Positions 25,263-38,690 of a stretch of 64,000 nt of DNA are shown here, one piece after another (the first letter of the stretch is position 1; every line of letters starts with the position of its first letter). The notes beneath the pieces were generated by a model. It was not told the DNA's origin and made no database searches. It worked only from the letters and a program-made list of their open reading frames with translations. Source of the stretch: Felis catus. Lineage: Eukaryota. Where the stretch lies: the NCBI RefSeq assembly GCF_018350175.1, contig NC_058368.1, positions 66,714,001-66,778,000 on the forward strand, given 5' to 3'. The translations under genes were made by a program, and so were the position numbers.

Positions 25263-27513
25263 ACAAAGCCTCCCCATCTCCCACTTTCACTGAGCAGTGA
25301 TTACCAATTATAGCCAACTCTAAATGGCAGTGACGCTGCATTCAGACACGACAAGGCAAGTTTTATTGGTCCATTAGGACATGCCTATTTGAGTGAATTA
25401 GTTTTGTGAAAATGGTTACCATGCCAAGGACTTTTATTCCGAGCAGTTGTTGGTCTTAATAGTTAATAGTTAAGTATTAAGCCATTTGGAAGGGCTGGTT
25501 GCACATTTCAGTTGGGTTGACAGACCTTCATGACCATGCCATGTACATCTGAAGCTCAGGCATGTGGTGTGGTAGAGCTCACTTCTCATAAAATGAAGTT
25601 ATATTTATATGGAAGGCTGACTTCAGTTTCTAAGAAACCAGCTGAAGAGTGAAGACGATGTTACCTACTTAATTAGGAAAGGAAGAAATGTCTCCCACAT
25701 ATAATTTTCGGGATTGCAATTTCAAAGGATTCATAACTTGTGAAAAAAAATTAGTTCTTTCATTAGAACCATATTTAATACATGGCAGCAAGTTAAATCA
25801 ATTCTTGATATCTTTTTTTTTTTAACTACTTTGTGGATCTATATTGATGACCCAATATTTGAGAATTAGCAGACTGGTGTTCAACTTCAGAAAGGGGCAC
25901 AATTCTTATAGGTAATTACTGGATTGAAATAATGGATATTCTTTGAACAATTAAGGCACCATTAATTTATCTTGTTCCAGGTTTATTTGTTTTTTGATCT
26001 CCCATAAGACTTAGCATTTTTCCTGGTTCAAAAGTAACTGTTAATTTCTTCTTCATGAAGCAGGGTATTAGCTAGATAAATCTGTTTGAAAAGCTACCTG
26101 AGTTGTTAACACGATGATCTTATCTAAAAGTTAGATGACACATTCATATTTATGAGTACAAGTTTCTTTTTAAAAACACAAAACAAAAAAATTCTCTAAG
26201 AGTCAATGTTCCTCAATCATTGCAGAACTGTGTGTTTTTAATTTGTCGGAAAGGCAAGACAGGAAAAGATGAAGTGACAAAATGTTACCAAGTTTTCTTC
26301 CACATAGGAAGTAATAACGTATTTTCCTATCTTGTAGATCACAAGGTAACATCTCATCATGAATTCATATCATGTTTATAAACACTATATGACCTCGTTT
26401 AGATTCATTCCTAATTCGTGATAATTTGAGTGTGAAGAGATGTAAAAACACCATTGTTCTGCCCATGAAAACAGAGTTCCTTAAACAAATTCATTGTGTA
26501 AACAAAGGAAACACTTTCTTTACTTAAGAGTGAGGCCTAACGTTGTCTAGGGCCTGAGAAACCAGTTAGTGGCATTGTTGGCTACAAAGAACATGCCAAT
26601 TATGAATGATTCTTATCTACCTATTAACAGACTTAGCAGTCACTCCTTAACACTTACAGCCCATTATCCTGACCATAATTTTGCTGTTTGCTTACTAAAA
26701 CACACACACACACGTTATCTTTTTAAAAATCACAAATTTAAGGGACATAATGAGTTTTCTTCTATGTATGCTTTACTAGTTAAAAAAAAATCGTTCCACT
26801 AACACTGAAAATCATGTATTCACTCATTCAACAAACACCAAGGCACAGAGAATGCCCTTGTCCCTGAACTGGAAGAGGGAGGGGGGAAAGAAGACTACGA
26901 AAAATTGGTGTGTAGTGTGACATAGGAGGAGAATCTTATTTATTCTGGTGAATTCTGGGGAAGGCAGACAGTAGAAAGGTGGCACCAAACTGCATTTTTC
27001 TGGAAAAAAGAGTGTGAAGTTGTAGGCAGGGGCAGGAAGCATCCAGGAAGGAGGAGAGTGCAAACAAATGCGGGAGTGGCTGAAATGCCAAGTGGGCTTG
27101 GATCAAACATGGCCTCCTTTCACGCTCACGAGGTCGTATCCCCAAGATGACTGGACGTGGTGGGAGGGCTTTAGCAGGCTGGTATGTTCAGATGTAAATT
27201 TGGAAAAGTCTCTCAGATTGCCCTCAGGCCTTCCAGACCTGGCTCATCATCAGAAGGACTGAAAACACACAAAACAAAAAAGCAAACACCATTTATTTTA
27301 CTTATTTTTGAAAAGTTAAACATTAAACATTAAACTCAAAAGCATTTGAAAAGATCAACTCTCCCCGTTTTCCTTCACACCCTCATTAACATGAAAAGGG
27401 TGCTTCCACTTATTTCTATGTTTCCTTTCTAGTCTTTTATCAAATGCAAGCAAATACGAATATAAATTCTTTTCTTCCCTTTCTTAGCCCAAGGGCAGAA
27501 GACTATAGTCACT

Positions 27514-27722
27514 GGGGCACCTGGGTAGTTCAGTCAGTTAAGCGTCTGACTCTTAATACCGGCTCAGGCTGTGATCTTGCAGTGGTGAGATCAAGCCCCG
27601 TATTGGGCTCTGCACTGAGAGTGGAGCCTGCTTGGGATTCTCTCTCCCTCTCTCTCTGCCCTCCTCTGCACATGCTCTCTTTCTCTCTCTCTCAAAATAA
27701 ATAAATAAACTTTTTTTCAAAT
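27514..27722 (+). mobile_element. CanSINE
   Basis: TSD tatagtcact at 27504-27513 and 27723-27732. Confidence 0.95.
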
Positions 27723-27777
27723 TATAGTCACTATTCTGAACCTTGCTTTTTGTTGTGTTGGGGAGTTTTGTTTTTAG

Positions 27778-27778
<1 letters not shown>

Positions 27779-27822
<44 letters not shown>

Positions 27823-27826
27823 TGTG
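27779..27826. repeat. (TG)n microsatellite
   Basis: Direct reading. Confidence 0.95.
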
Positions 27827-28029
27827 CTTGATATTTCATTTAGGAGGGGTAAGCTTGGAAATGTATATTTTTATAAGCTCCTTATTGATGCTGATAATCA
27901 GTTAGAAACCACTGACCTACAGGATGGTTAGGAAGAATGTAAGTTTGGAAGCAGTGGGAATGGAAAGGAAGCATGGTATACTTTCAGAGGTATTTAGGAT
28001 CCTTAGTGTGGGAAATTCATATTTCATCA

Positions 28030-28860
28030 GGCTCCCATTTCAAAAATATTCATCCCAGGCCTATTCTGTCCTGGTAAGTCAGGTTTCACCGTCACTACCT
28101 CAAAATAGGTCAAGGGGCAGGTATTGCAAAGGGAAGGAGGATGACATTCTCCTTCCCAAGGGGCAGGGGAATGTTGATTAGGTAGAGAAAGTGCAGGTAG
28201 GAAGGGGCCTTGACCCCATTTCCCCCAGGGGGGCAGAGGAGGGCCTGGGTTTGCTCCCCAGGGTATCTCTCAGTCAACTATGTGTGGGGGCAGAGAAGGC
28301 ACCCCAAATTCTTCAGGCATCCCTCCCTGTGGAGGGATGCACATGGCTGTTAACTACCTGTAAGCCTGCTAGACACCTACTGCACTGGGGTGATAGGTCC
28401 CTGACCTTGAGGTCTCCCAGGTGGACCGCCCACAACAGAGACCAATGGTGGCCACAGCCATATCTTGGGGCTGCCACAGCATGCAGAGGGCTGAGATGGG
28501 CTCCTTAACAAGAAAGGAGGGCTGGGCTCAGCTGGAACCATTTGAGCCCTCAATGCCAACAATGGACACAAGGTCAGGAAAGGACTAGCACTGACAGACC
28601 CAAGCCCCCACTTTTCCTGTCACCTTGATGTACACACTGAGCCGCCATCTTGGATGGGAGCAGAGGGAAGCATAGGAGATCTGAAAAAGTGAGCATTTAT
28701 CCAAAAGAGACCAAGTTCCCTTAAACATATGCTCAAGTTAGTGGGTCAGGCTCAGTTTACTTGTATTGCCAACAATGAAGAGCAGACCAGTCTCGCAGGT
28801 GGAAAAAAGAAGTGATTGTTCTTCTTTGCATATCTAGCTAATATAAGTACATTTGCAACT
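28030..28860 (+). mobile_element. Probable ancient LTR (MamGypLTR/LTR85-like)
   Basis: GC-rich block with gccgccatcttgg, aaaagagac and terminal ttctttgcatatct motifs that I recall from mammalian Gypsy-type LTRs. Confidence 0.4.
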
Positions 28861-29503
28861 CCACTGCAACTCCATTCACATTGTTTATAGTCTACAGGAT
28901 TTCATGTTTCCCCAAGACCAGAGCATTCAAAAATGGCTAAGAGAGTTTTGCCCAAGGCTCAGAAAAGTGCTAGGAAAATATCTAGATCAGAGAAGAACTG
29001 AGTTGATTACAGGGATGTTTATTAGCCCCATTTTTTTTGGTGTTGTCATTAGCCTACTTTAGTATTTTACTGTGAAAGCACAGAGGAAGTCATTTCATTA
29101 ATGCAGCTTTGCAAATAGTGGTAGCCCTTGATCCCTAAATGCCAGGGGTAATGAGAATCGGTCAACTGGCATCTAGGCAGCCTGGCTGGAGACTTTGCTG
29201 CATTGCTGATGGCTGATGGCTGATAATTTTTAAAGCAAAACATGGACTGCTTGCTTCCATTGGCATATTAGGAACATCATTGTCCCTTTAATACTGGGAG
29301 AATTCCTGCTGTCAATAAGGATAGGATTCCTTTGTAGAAAAAATTGACCCCCTGAGAAAACGTACCATTCAGCAAAGCTGGTTTCCTAGACCCACTCCCT
29401 CCTTCTGAGCGTGAGAACTACAGTGGCAATTTCCAGCTCAGGGTCCAGAAACCATTCACCTCCCATTAAAAAAAAAAAAAATCAGATCTGTATGGTTGCT
29501 ATG

Positions 29504-29552
29504 CCCAGATAGCTAATTCCCAAATAGCTTATTCCCAGATAGCTTATTCCCA
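29504..29552. repeat. 15-bp tandem repeat, about 3.3 units (cccaRatagctWatt)
   Basis: cccagatagctaatt cccaaatagcttatt cccagatagcttatt ccca. Confidence 0.9.
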
Positions 29553-30271
29553 ATTTGGGTGCAAGATACAGTATGAAGAAAAGACCCCCCAAAATGGTAT
29601 AAAATGTTTTATGTGGTCCAGAGTTAGTCAGTAAATGAGGTGTTCCATACAAAGAGTTTGAAACAAATTATTTGATCACAAAGTTCATGTGGCTCTTAGG
29701 CAAATGGCTTAATTGTACAGTATTTTTTATTGGGTATACTTGTAAGATTTTGTATTATATAATTTAGTGGTTGTTGCTCATCAATAAAGGCTTTTAATAG
29801 TAATATGAGCCTTGGGTACGTGGTGATGCCAAGGCCTTTAACCATCAGATGTAAATATCATTGAACCCATAAAACATGCCCCTAATTTCTCGTAGTACAG
29901 GTGTCATTTTTTATAGAAAAAAATAATTTTAAGAAAAAGCTGAACACTAAAAACTACTTAAAATAATATTCTTATTAGAGGACAAATAATTCAGGGAAAA
30001 ATAAGAAATAATTCTGAATTCAAACATCATGAGAAGTCAAGAATTGGCTATAGAGCAGAGAGATTCACTGGATACAATTGTTTATAATTGTTGAATTTTG
30101 ATGTCATTCTTTCCATACAGGTGCTTTCAAGTTTTTGGTTCTCGTTTGGAAAATTTCGTTTTGTTTTTTATTTGCTCTCAGCCTGGGATCTCTTTACCTA
30201 AGCTTCAACTTTTCCTCTCATTTCTAAAAAGAAAAGCTTCCACAGAAGCTAAGTCTCAATTTTCTTTTACT

Positions 30272-30298
30272 GTTTTTTTTTTAAGTTTATTCATTTAT

Positions 30299-30346
<48 letters not shown>

Positions 30347-30361
30347 TGCGAGTGGGGTTGG

Positions 30362-30398
<37 letters not shown>

Positions 30399-30512
30399 TC
30401 CCAAGCAGGCTCTGCACTGTCAGCACAGAGCCCAATATGGGGCTCAAACCCACAAACTGTGAGCCAAAATCCAGAGTCGGATGCTTAACCAACTGAGCCA
30501 CCCAGGTGCCCC
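30272..30512 (-). mobile_element. CanSINE with two expanded (GA)n tracts
   Basis: Reverse copy; (GA) runs at about 30302-30344 and 30364-30395. Confidence 0.95.
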
Positions 30513-30898
30513 TAAGTCTGCATTTTCAATTTGTTTCCTGGTAAAGGAAAAACAAACAAAATTTTAGCTGTTTAATGAAAGTTGGTCAGATGTTCAGAAA
30601 GTTGTCTGGATGAGTGTGGGGGGAATTTTACATGGGTAGCATTTCAGAGACTTCTCTTAGTCTGTCGGTTTTTTCCTTTTCAGTCCACTTTTGGAAGCAT
30701 TTGGGTGGAGATAGGAAGAAACTGAGCTATTTGTCAAAACGATCCCCTGGGAGAGAATATGGTGTTTGGGGCTCTCTGTACCTGGGGCAAGTTTCTACAA
30801 GTTGGGCAGAAGCCCAGCCATCATACAAGGAAATGGACAAAGTACTTACCCACCACCTTTGTGTAAGCTGATTCACATTATAACTAATATTTATTGTA

Positions 30899-31110
30899 GG
30901 GCGCCTGGGTGGTTCAGTCAGTTGAACGTCCTACCTCAGCTCAGGTCATGATCTCGAGGTTCATGGGTTCGAGCCCCAAGTCAGGCTTTGTGCTGACAGC
31001 TTGGAGCCCAGAGCTTGCTTCGGATTCTGTGTCTCCCCCCTCCGCTCTCTGCCTCTCCCATATTCGTACTCTGTCTCTCTCTGTCTCTCAAAAATGAACA
31101 TTAAAAATAT
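30899..31110 (+). mobile_element. CanSINE inserted in an L2 tail
   Basis: TSD atatttattg; followed by L2-like agtgtctattatttgccagacc. Confidence 0.95.
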
Positions 31111-31282
31111 ATATTTATTGAGTGTCTATTATTTGCCAGACCTGTCACAGGCTCTGAGGACACAACAGTGAGCACAGAATCTTGCATATTAAGTTCACAT
31201 TTGATGAATCAAAAAGGAGATTTCGAACTGTAAGCATCAATTCTCTCCTAATATGGGAAGAAAGAAAATGTGGCTTCTTTTT

Positions 31283-31295
31283 TATTTTATTATTT

Positions 31296-31344
<49 letters not shown>

Positions 31345-31542
31345 AGTTACTTTTTGAGAGAGAGAGAGAGAGGCGGAGTGCGAGTGTGGGAGGGGCAGAG
31401 AGGGAGGAAGACACAGAATCTGAAGCAGGCTCAAGGCTCCCAGCTGTCAGCACAGAGCCTGACGCAGGGCTCGAACTCACAAACCGTGAGATCATGACCT
31501 GCGAAGTCAGTCTCTTAACCGACTGAATCACCCAGGGGCCCC
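31283..31542 (-). mobile_element. CanSINE with (TTTA)n tail
   Basis: TSD tggcttcttttt on both sides. Confidence 0.95.
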
Positions 31543-31692
31543 ATGGCTTCTTTTTTAAACATAATTGGTAACACTTGCGAATTTTCATCTTCTTTTCTAG
31601 CTCACACATAGGTGATCATGGGACTGCCATTTATTTACTTTGGGCCTCGGTTTTCTCATCTAAAATTAGCGAATTCATTGGAATAGTATACT

Positions 31693-31871
31693 CAAAGGGG
31701 TTCTCAAACCATCTTGTATAGTAAAGTTACTGGAAGGCTTGATAAAACACATAATACTGAGCCCACCCTCAGAGTTTCTGATTCAGTAGGTCTGCAATGG
31801 GGCTAAGAATTTGTATTTTTTAACAAGTTCCCAGGTGACGCCCATCCCAGGACCACACTTTGGGAACCACT
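31693..31871. mobile_element. MER5A (hAT-Charlie MITE)
   Basis: ggttctcaaac...cagagtttctgattcagtaggtctg...taacaagttcccaggtga...ggaccacactttgggaaccact. Confidence 0.9.
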
Positions 31872-32774
31872 AAAACTTCCAGCCTTTTCTCTTCCCTCCC
31901 AATCTCTTCTGTCTTCCTGGCAGATCTTAAGTCTTTGAGCAGTGGTGAGAAAGAGTATGTCTCTGGTACAACTTGGGCAGGGATGTTGGTAAGTGGATGG
32001 GCTAGTGAAATTCTAGTGAGGATGATGAGTTTTTACATAATCTCACAGGTTGTAAAAGTCTATCTGTGGGCTCCATATGTAGGTGTTTTGATGTCTTTGT
32101 GGAGGATGCCAACTCCGGAATGAACCCTTACACATGCCACCTGTGATAAGAAATTGGAGAAATCATTGTGACCAAGTCAATGTCCTCTGACTTCTTGTCT
32201 TGTTCTGTGATTTGCATCCTCATGTAAAATTTCTCCATACCAGTCATAATCTCCTCGATCAGCGCATGACATGAAAAGCCTTGGCTCTCCCCACTGGTGG
32301 CCCAGGGGAATCTTGAACCCTGAGCAAGTGGCAGTGGCTTGTTCTTGGTCCCCTGGATCAGGTCCCACGGGCTGTCTTAGACTTTGGGTGAGGTGGTGGC
32401 AGTGGGGCCTCTTCGTGGCCCCCTGGAACCCCAAAGTCGCCATGAGTCCCCGGTCAGCCCGTGTCTGGCTGCATCTGTCACTCTCAATTTTATACTTTTC
32501 CTTCCTAAATCTTCATCAGGCCGCATACTTATCATACGTGATACTGATAACAACATTCATGATACTGATATTCATATCTCATCTTACTATTCTGCTTTGA
32601 AACAGAGGGAGGGTATTCCATTGGGGCCACAGGATCATGAGTGTAGAAATCACCTACTCTGGGAATTTTCAACTTTATCCAAGAACACCACAGTGAAAAG
32701 GGTTCCTTTCAGGCCACCACGGATGGTAAAAGGAAGTGTATTGGACAGACCCTTCACTAGCTTGTCTTCATCTA

Positions 32775-33007
32775 TTTTACTTTATTTTATTTTATTTTTA
32801 ATTTTTTAATGTTTATTTACTTTGAGAAAGAGAGAGAGAGCGTGAGTGGGGGAGGGACGGAGAGAAAGGGAGACCCAGAATCTGAAACAGGCTCCAGGCT
32901 CTGAGCTGTCAGCACAGAACCCAACGCGGGGCTTGAACCCACGAACTGTGAGATCATGACCTGAGCTGAAGTCGAATGCTTAACCGACTGAGCCACCCAG
33001 GCACTCC
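32775..33007 (-). mobile_element. CanSINE
   Basis: Full-length reverse copy. Confidence 0.95.
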
Positions 33008-33329
33008 TGTCTTTGTCTATTTTATACATTAAAGTTCTACATAGGATTTTGGGTTTTTTTGTTTGTTTTTTCACATAAGATTTTGCTTTTAAAAAGTTAG
33101 GTAGCTTTAAAAATAGCAGTTTGAAACCACTAATTTGGTATAAGATCTCATCGCACGATTGAGAATACAGACTCAGAAATTAGCCCAAGGAGACACAATT
33201 ACAGTGAGCTAAGTGGAAGATGTGGCCCCTACAGGTTCAGGTAATCTGCTTTTCAGAAGTCTGTCCTCCGGACCCAGGTGGTGTAACTAGCATTTATTTG
33301 CAGATGCTCAGATTATTTTTCCTTATTAT

Positions 33330-33720
33330 TTTATTGGGATAAAATTCACATCACATTTAACCATTTTAAAGTGTATATTTCAGTGGCATTTACTACATTC
33401 ACAGTGTTGTGCAACCGTCATTTCTATCTAGTTCCAAAATATTTTAGTCGCTCCAAAAGGAAACTCCAAACCCATTCATCAATTTGTTCTCATTCCCCTG
33501 CCACCCCCCCAGGCCCTGGCAACCACAAATGTGCTTTCTGTCTGTGTCGTCTTACCTGCTCTGGACATTTCGTATGAGGGAAATCATACAACCCGGAGCT
33601 TTTTTCACTAAAAAGCACGTTTTCAGGGCTCATCACATCATGGCACGTATCAGCACTTCATTGCTTTTTATGGTCGAATAATATTCTTCTGTATGGATAC
33701 ATCACATTCTTGTTTATTGT
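33330..33720 (-). mobile_element. L1MB-type 3' end
   Basis: ttaaccattttaaagtgtata...cagtggcatt...cacagtgttgtgcaacc...ccctggcaaccac...ctggacatttcgtat. Confidence 0.88.
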
Positions 33721-33864
33721 AGTTTCTTGAATTTTATTTTCTCTTCTACGGCACGCCATTCTCGTTCCTGGACGCGTGTTGCCTATACCACTGCACCCAT
33801 GGGATGGGCACAAAGGTAACAGCTACATTACCACACTCAAGGCCGGTCCCTGTAGCATCTTGAA

Positions 33865-34030
33865 GTAGCTGACCTTGAATCAGGCACTTGATCTCCCTGT
33901 GCCTCAGTTCCCTCAGCTGTAAACTAGATGACTACTCACTACACTCTCCACAGGTAATAATGAGTTAACACTCATTAAAAGCTTTGAGGTTCTCTGATGT
34001 TAGGCACCATATGTCATATGTAAATACGAT
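33865..34030 (+). mobile_element. MIR1_Amn-like CORE-SINE
   Basis: ctgtgcctcagttccctcagctgtaaa core; tail aaagctttgaggttctctgatgttaggcaccatat. Confidence 0.55.
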
Positions 34031-34549
34031 GTAGCGATGTAATAAGCATCCACCAGGAGGTCAGGTTGCTTTTTCTCGCTACTTTTTTTAAAAATGACAA
34101 GCATCAGTGAACTTTCCCAGGCCTGCTGTGTGCGCCCTTCCTCTTTCCCAGGCAGAACGGGGTACCAAAAAGGGCTCTCATCTCCGCTTCGTCCAGCAGT
34201 CAGCTGCTCATCAATTCTTAAAAGACCATAGGGTGTTAAAAGGTACTGAGCAACACTTGCTAAATGTAAGACATTCTGTTCTATAATCTCACTTGGTCCT
34301 CACTGTGGCTGTTATGATATAGATGTTACTACAATTTGAATACGAGGCATGGGAGGGCCAGTGAAGTTATGTGACTCAGGAACAGGTGGAGGTAGGACTC
34401 AATCCTTGTTGTGTGACTCCTTACCTCTGGCTGCTCCATCTCCTAAGTTGACTGGTTCCTATGCTGGGAAGGTCTGAATGGCCATGTTGGACCCTGTGCA
34501 TCAGTAAAGCCTTGAGAGAAAATTGTAAAATGGAATGGAAAAAGCAAAC

Positions 34550-34994
34550 TGGGCTGGGTTGAATAGTGTCCCATTCCACCCCAACCCACTTCATGGCCAC
34601 CCAGGACCTCAGAGTGTGACCTTATTTGGAAATAGGGTCTTTGTGGATGTAATTGGTTAAGACGGCGGCACACTGGCTCAGGTTGGGCCCTAAACCAAAT
34701 AGCTGGTGTCTCTATGGGAGAAAGGAGGGAGAGATTTGGACACACAGAGGCACACAGGAGGAAGATGGTCTGTCATGACAGAGGCAGAGATCGGAGTGGT
34801 ATAGTTACAAGCCACGGTGATCACTAGATGTTAGGAAGAGGCAAGCAATGATTCTTTTCTAGAGTCTTCTAGAGTCTTCGGCTGAAAACTAGAGTGCAGA
34901 CTCCCAGCTTCCATAAATGTGAGACAATAAATTTCTGTTGTTTTAAGTCACCCAGTTTGTGGTAATGTTACAGCAGCTCTTGGAAACCAACGCA
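34550..34994 (+). mobile_element. MaLR solo LTR (MLT1C-like)
   Basis: tgggttgaatagtgtccc, gtgaccttatttggaaatagggtcttt, gaggcagagatcggagtg, aataaatttctgttgttttaag. Confidence 0.9.
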
Positions 34995-35416
34995 CAAACC
35001 TTCCTCCATAAGTTTGTGTGTGGATTCTTTCAGTGGACTGTTAATCTCATAAAGTTACAACTGAATGAAAAAGTTTTCTAAACCAAACTGCCCAGATGGC
35101 TGAATCAATGGAAAATTGAAACTTTTTGGAAAAAATTCACTGCACATGCATATCCTTTAACTACATGGCTATGATGCTTGCCAAGAAATGTTGATATAAG
35201 TGGGGGGAAAATAAAGGAATAAAATAACATACCTGTAACCAGTGGGATTAAAGAGATAGGCTAGAAATGTAGATTAGATTTGGAGGGTAGTGAGGATTGC
35301 TAGTGTTTGAAACAGTTTATTCAATAAAGGAGAAGAATGAGCTGAAAACAAAATACTTAATATACTGAAGAACAAGAAAATGTAAAAACTTGTCTGACCT
35401 TAAAATCTTCATTACT

Positions 35417-35666
35417 GGGCACCTGGGTGGCTCTGTCGGTTAAGCGTCCGACTTCGGCTCAGGTCATGATCTCATAGTTTGTGGGTTCAAGTCCCGTATC
35501 GGGCTCTGTGCTGACAGCTCAGAGCCTGGAGCCTGCTTCAGATTCAGTGTCTCCTTCTCTCTCTGCCCCTCCCTCACTTGTGCTCTGTCTCTGTCTTTCA
35601 AAAATAAATAAATGTAAAAAAAGAAAGTGACCTTTTATAAATAAATAAATAAATAAATAAATAAAT
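35417..35666 (+). mobile_element. CanSINE with compound (TAAA)n tail
   Basis: Head and body clear; flanks aaatcttcattact / aaatcttgattgct. Confidence 0.95.
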
Positions 35667-37919
35667 GAAATCTTGATTGCTACATATTTATCAAGACTAG
35701 TTTCCTGGTTAATGAGTCTGGAAAGAGAAGGTAAACTGGATTTTTTCCCCTCTGGGGACAACTATAGGGATTAATTCAAGGCAAATAGAATTCCTCATAG
35801 TAACACAGATTGGCTCTGGGGACTTTTTGGCTGATCTGTGCTTGCGTTGCTTTTTTTCAATGGGTTCATCTTATTCTTTACTGCTGAAGTCTATGGCTGA
35901 AAAGATTCTAGTTTCCAGACTGAGGGTTGGGTAGTTGTCTGCGATTTTCATTCAGTAGAGCAGAAAAAGCAGAAGACGGTGACCTGAAGGTCAGATGTCT
36001 GGTCCAAATTCTCATCAACTAGCCTGTGGCCGTGGGTAAGACCCCTGTCTCCACAAGTCCCAATTTTGTCTTCTGTTCTATGAAAGTTCAGGGCAGCAGG
36101 AAGTATAAAATACCTGCGTATGCTAAAATAACCCTTCCAGGTAAATGAAGAAGCCAAGAGTGATACAGTCGCTACAGAATGCACGGGGATTGGGGTAAGG
36201 GCCAGACCGAAGGGTATGGGTGAATGTGTTCTTCGTTCTAAGTGGAATTGAGGATTTAAGATGAAGTTTCATGAAAGCCTAAGCACACACAGCAAACGAA
36301 TTCTACCCATTAGTTTGATGATATTCCGTTCACTGCTGTGCCTGCAGGTCCAAAGGATGTATCATATCCCTTGACACCCTGCATTAGAGCAAACTGTCAT
36401 AGGAGTTCAAAATGACACTCTCAAGGAAACAGATTAAGGCACTGATATTTTGTACCAAAACATCTCACCTCAACAAAAACTGCTGTCCAAAAACAGGGAA
36501 AGAGGGTGATGCCCATTCATTTAGTAAAAGGAAAAGGGGTTATTTTTGTAACCTTCCATGCACAAACACATGCATAGAGAACTTCCAAAATGCCTTGCTT
36601 TTGGTAGATGCTCAAGAAAGATTGTGTAGATGAGTAAATACTTGCCTTTTGCATGACACCATTTTGCCTTCCTCTTCAATTTTTGGTTTATTTTCATTTT
36701 GATTTTGTTGGGATTTGCTTGTGTTGTGTTTTAGATTCAGGAGCAGCATCCCAAGAGATGGATTTGCCCCGACACCTTCCTGGTCCTTCCTTGACAATTC
36801 CAAACCCACCCATTCAGCTAAGCTTTGACGAACCACATGAAACCCTTCCCTTAACAATTCACAAGACTTTACTTTAAAAATCAAAGCATGTCTGTTCATC
36901 CCAAATGCAAACTTAAAAAAAAATTCAATTTTTCCTTTAAGTCAAACCAACACTGAAAATCATTTGTGAGGGCCAAATCTGGTGTATTGAAAGTTGAGGT
37001 TATCTCCAGGTTGACAAAGTTTCACTTCCTTGGCAGGACTGTTTTTATGGGAAACTGTTGTAGCCAAGATTTCTTCAGCAATCACACCTAACATAATTGC
37101 TGAATTCCATAGAACTGCTGTCCTTTGTCGCATGGACTTACAGTACCCTGGCAACCCCAGGCCATTCGGTGTAACAGAAAACAAAGTTTAGAGTTAGAAT
37201 TTGGTAGAACTAGAGCTTGTCACGTATCCCTTTTGTGTGATTCTATCTTAAACCTGCTTGGATTATTGTCATCACTGACAGTGTTTCAGTCCATTTTCTG
37301 GACACTGTGACTATTCAGTTCATGAGAATGTTTATCATAATGATTATAAAAAGAGCTTTCAGATCCATGGATGAAAGGCATGAGATAAGTACATAGTGTT
37401 ATGATTATTAATCCTGATTGTTATTATTATGATTGCTGCCTATTATTATAGTTTTATTGCACCTTCTCAGGAGTAATGGCCATGCTGACAATCTCGAAGT
37501 TCCTTAAGAACAGGATATTTAGCTCATTTATCAGTTTTAGTTGATCCATGGCTTCGTTTAAACTATTAAGGATTTAAGCCAATTGAATTATTTGAGCTTA
37601 GCAAAAATAGCTTCCGAAGAATTGGAGGGTGAATCATATCAGTTTTTGTGAACAAGAAGCAATATAACTCTCAAAAAAGAAGTGAAAACCTCTATTTATC
37701 CCTCTCCTATCCCTATTCTGAGACAGAACATTTCCACTCTGTGGAAATCAACCATATTCTAAAGAGGATAATTTGACAAAAATACACTCTGTTGGTGGTC
37801 TATAGATTTTGCTTCTAGGCTATATATATTATACATATCCAATTCAAGTAGATATTTTTAATGGAAACTATCCACTTTTTCCATGCTTCTGTATTCCTAG
37901 ATTATTTATCAGTCTACTG

Positions 37920-38690
37920 AAGGAGGAATAGTTTATGTACATGTAGTTTCTATCCTCAGTAATTCCCGGCCCAGCTGGAGAGAAGACAAATAAGTCAACA
38001 ATTCAAATGCCTTATGAGATCTACCGTGACAGAAAGACACACAGTGCCCTAAAGGAATTCAGAGGAGAATCATGTAGACTATGGGGTAGGGGTGCCTGGT
38101 GCAAGGAGATGGTGGGAAGGGAAAAGGGAGAGGAAGAAGTTCACAGAGTAGGTGGACCAAGCAATGAAAGATATGCAAGAGCTAGCTAGGGAAAGAAGAA
38201 CGATACATTTTATGATGTATTTTCAGAGATCTGGTGTGTCTGGAGAATAATGAGACTTGGGGCAAATGGAAGTAAGTGAGACTGGTCAGGTGATGAGAAC
38301 CAGAACACAAGAGCTTTGTCCGCTGTGCCAAGGAGCTTGGACTTTGTCTTAAAGGTAATAACAATCCTTAAATTATATTAAGTGGAGACTTAGAGAACAA
38401 CATTTGAGCAAGACCACCCCAACTATAAAGGATGGATCAAAGAGGGTGGAAATGGAGAGAGATTGAGAGATACATATAGAAATCTTTGGGGGAGTAAAGT
38501 CAATAGAGCTCAGTGATTAATTGGAGATAGAAGGCAAGTGAAAGGGAACATTTAAAAATGATTAGCAGATTTCTGGCCTGTGTGCCCCTGGGCATGATGG
38601 TGCCACCCACCCAAGTGGAGAATACATGAGGAGGTGCAGGGGGTTTTAGAGAAGATGATAAATCCTGTTTTTTAAACATTGAGGTGATAG
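37920..38690 (-). mobile_element. Decayed L2
   Basis: ccaaggagcttggactttgtct, cagatttctggcctgtg...gatggtgcca, ttttaaacattgaggtg. Confidence 0.7.

Noticed and set aside
29504..29552. Regularly spaced repeat as a possible CRISPR-like array
   Set aside because: Head-to-tail 15-mers with no spacers in a mammalian genome; an ordinary minisatellite
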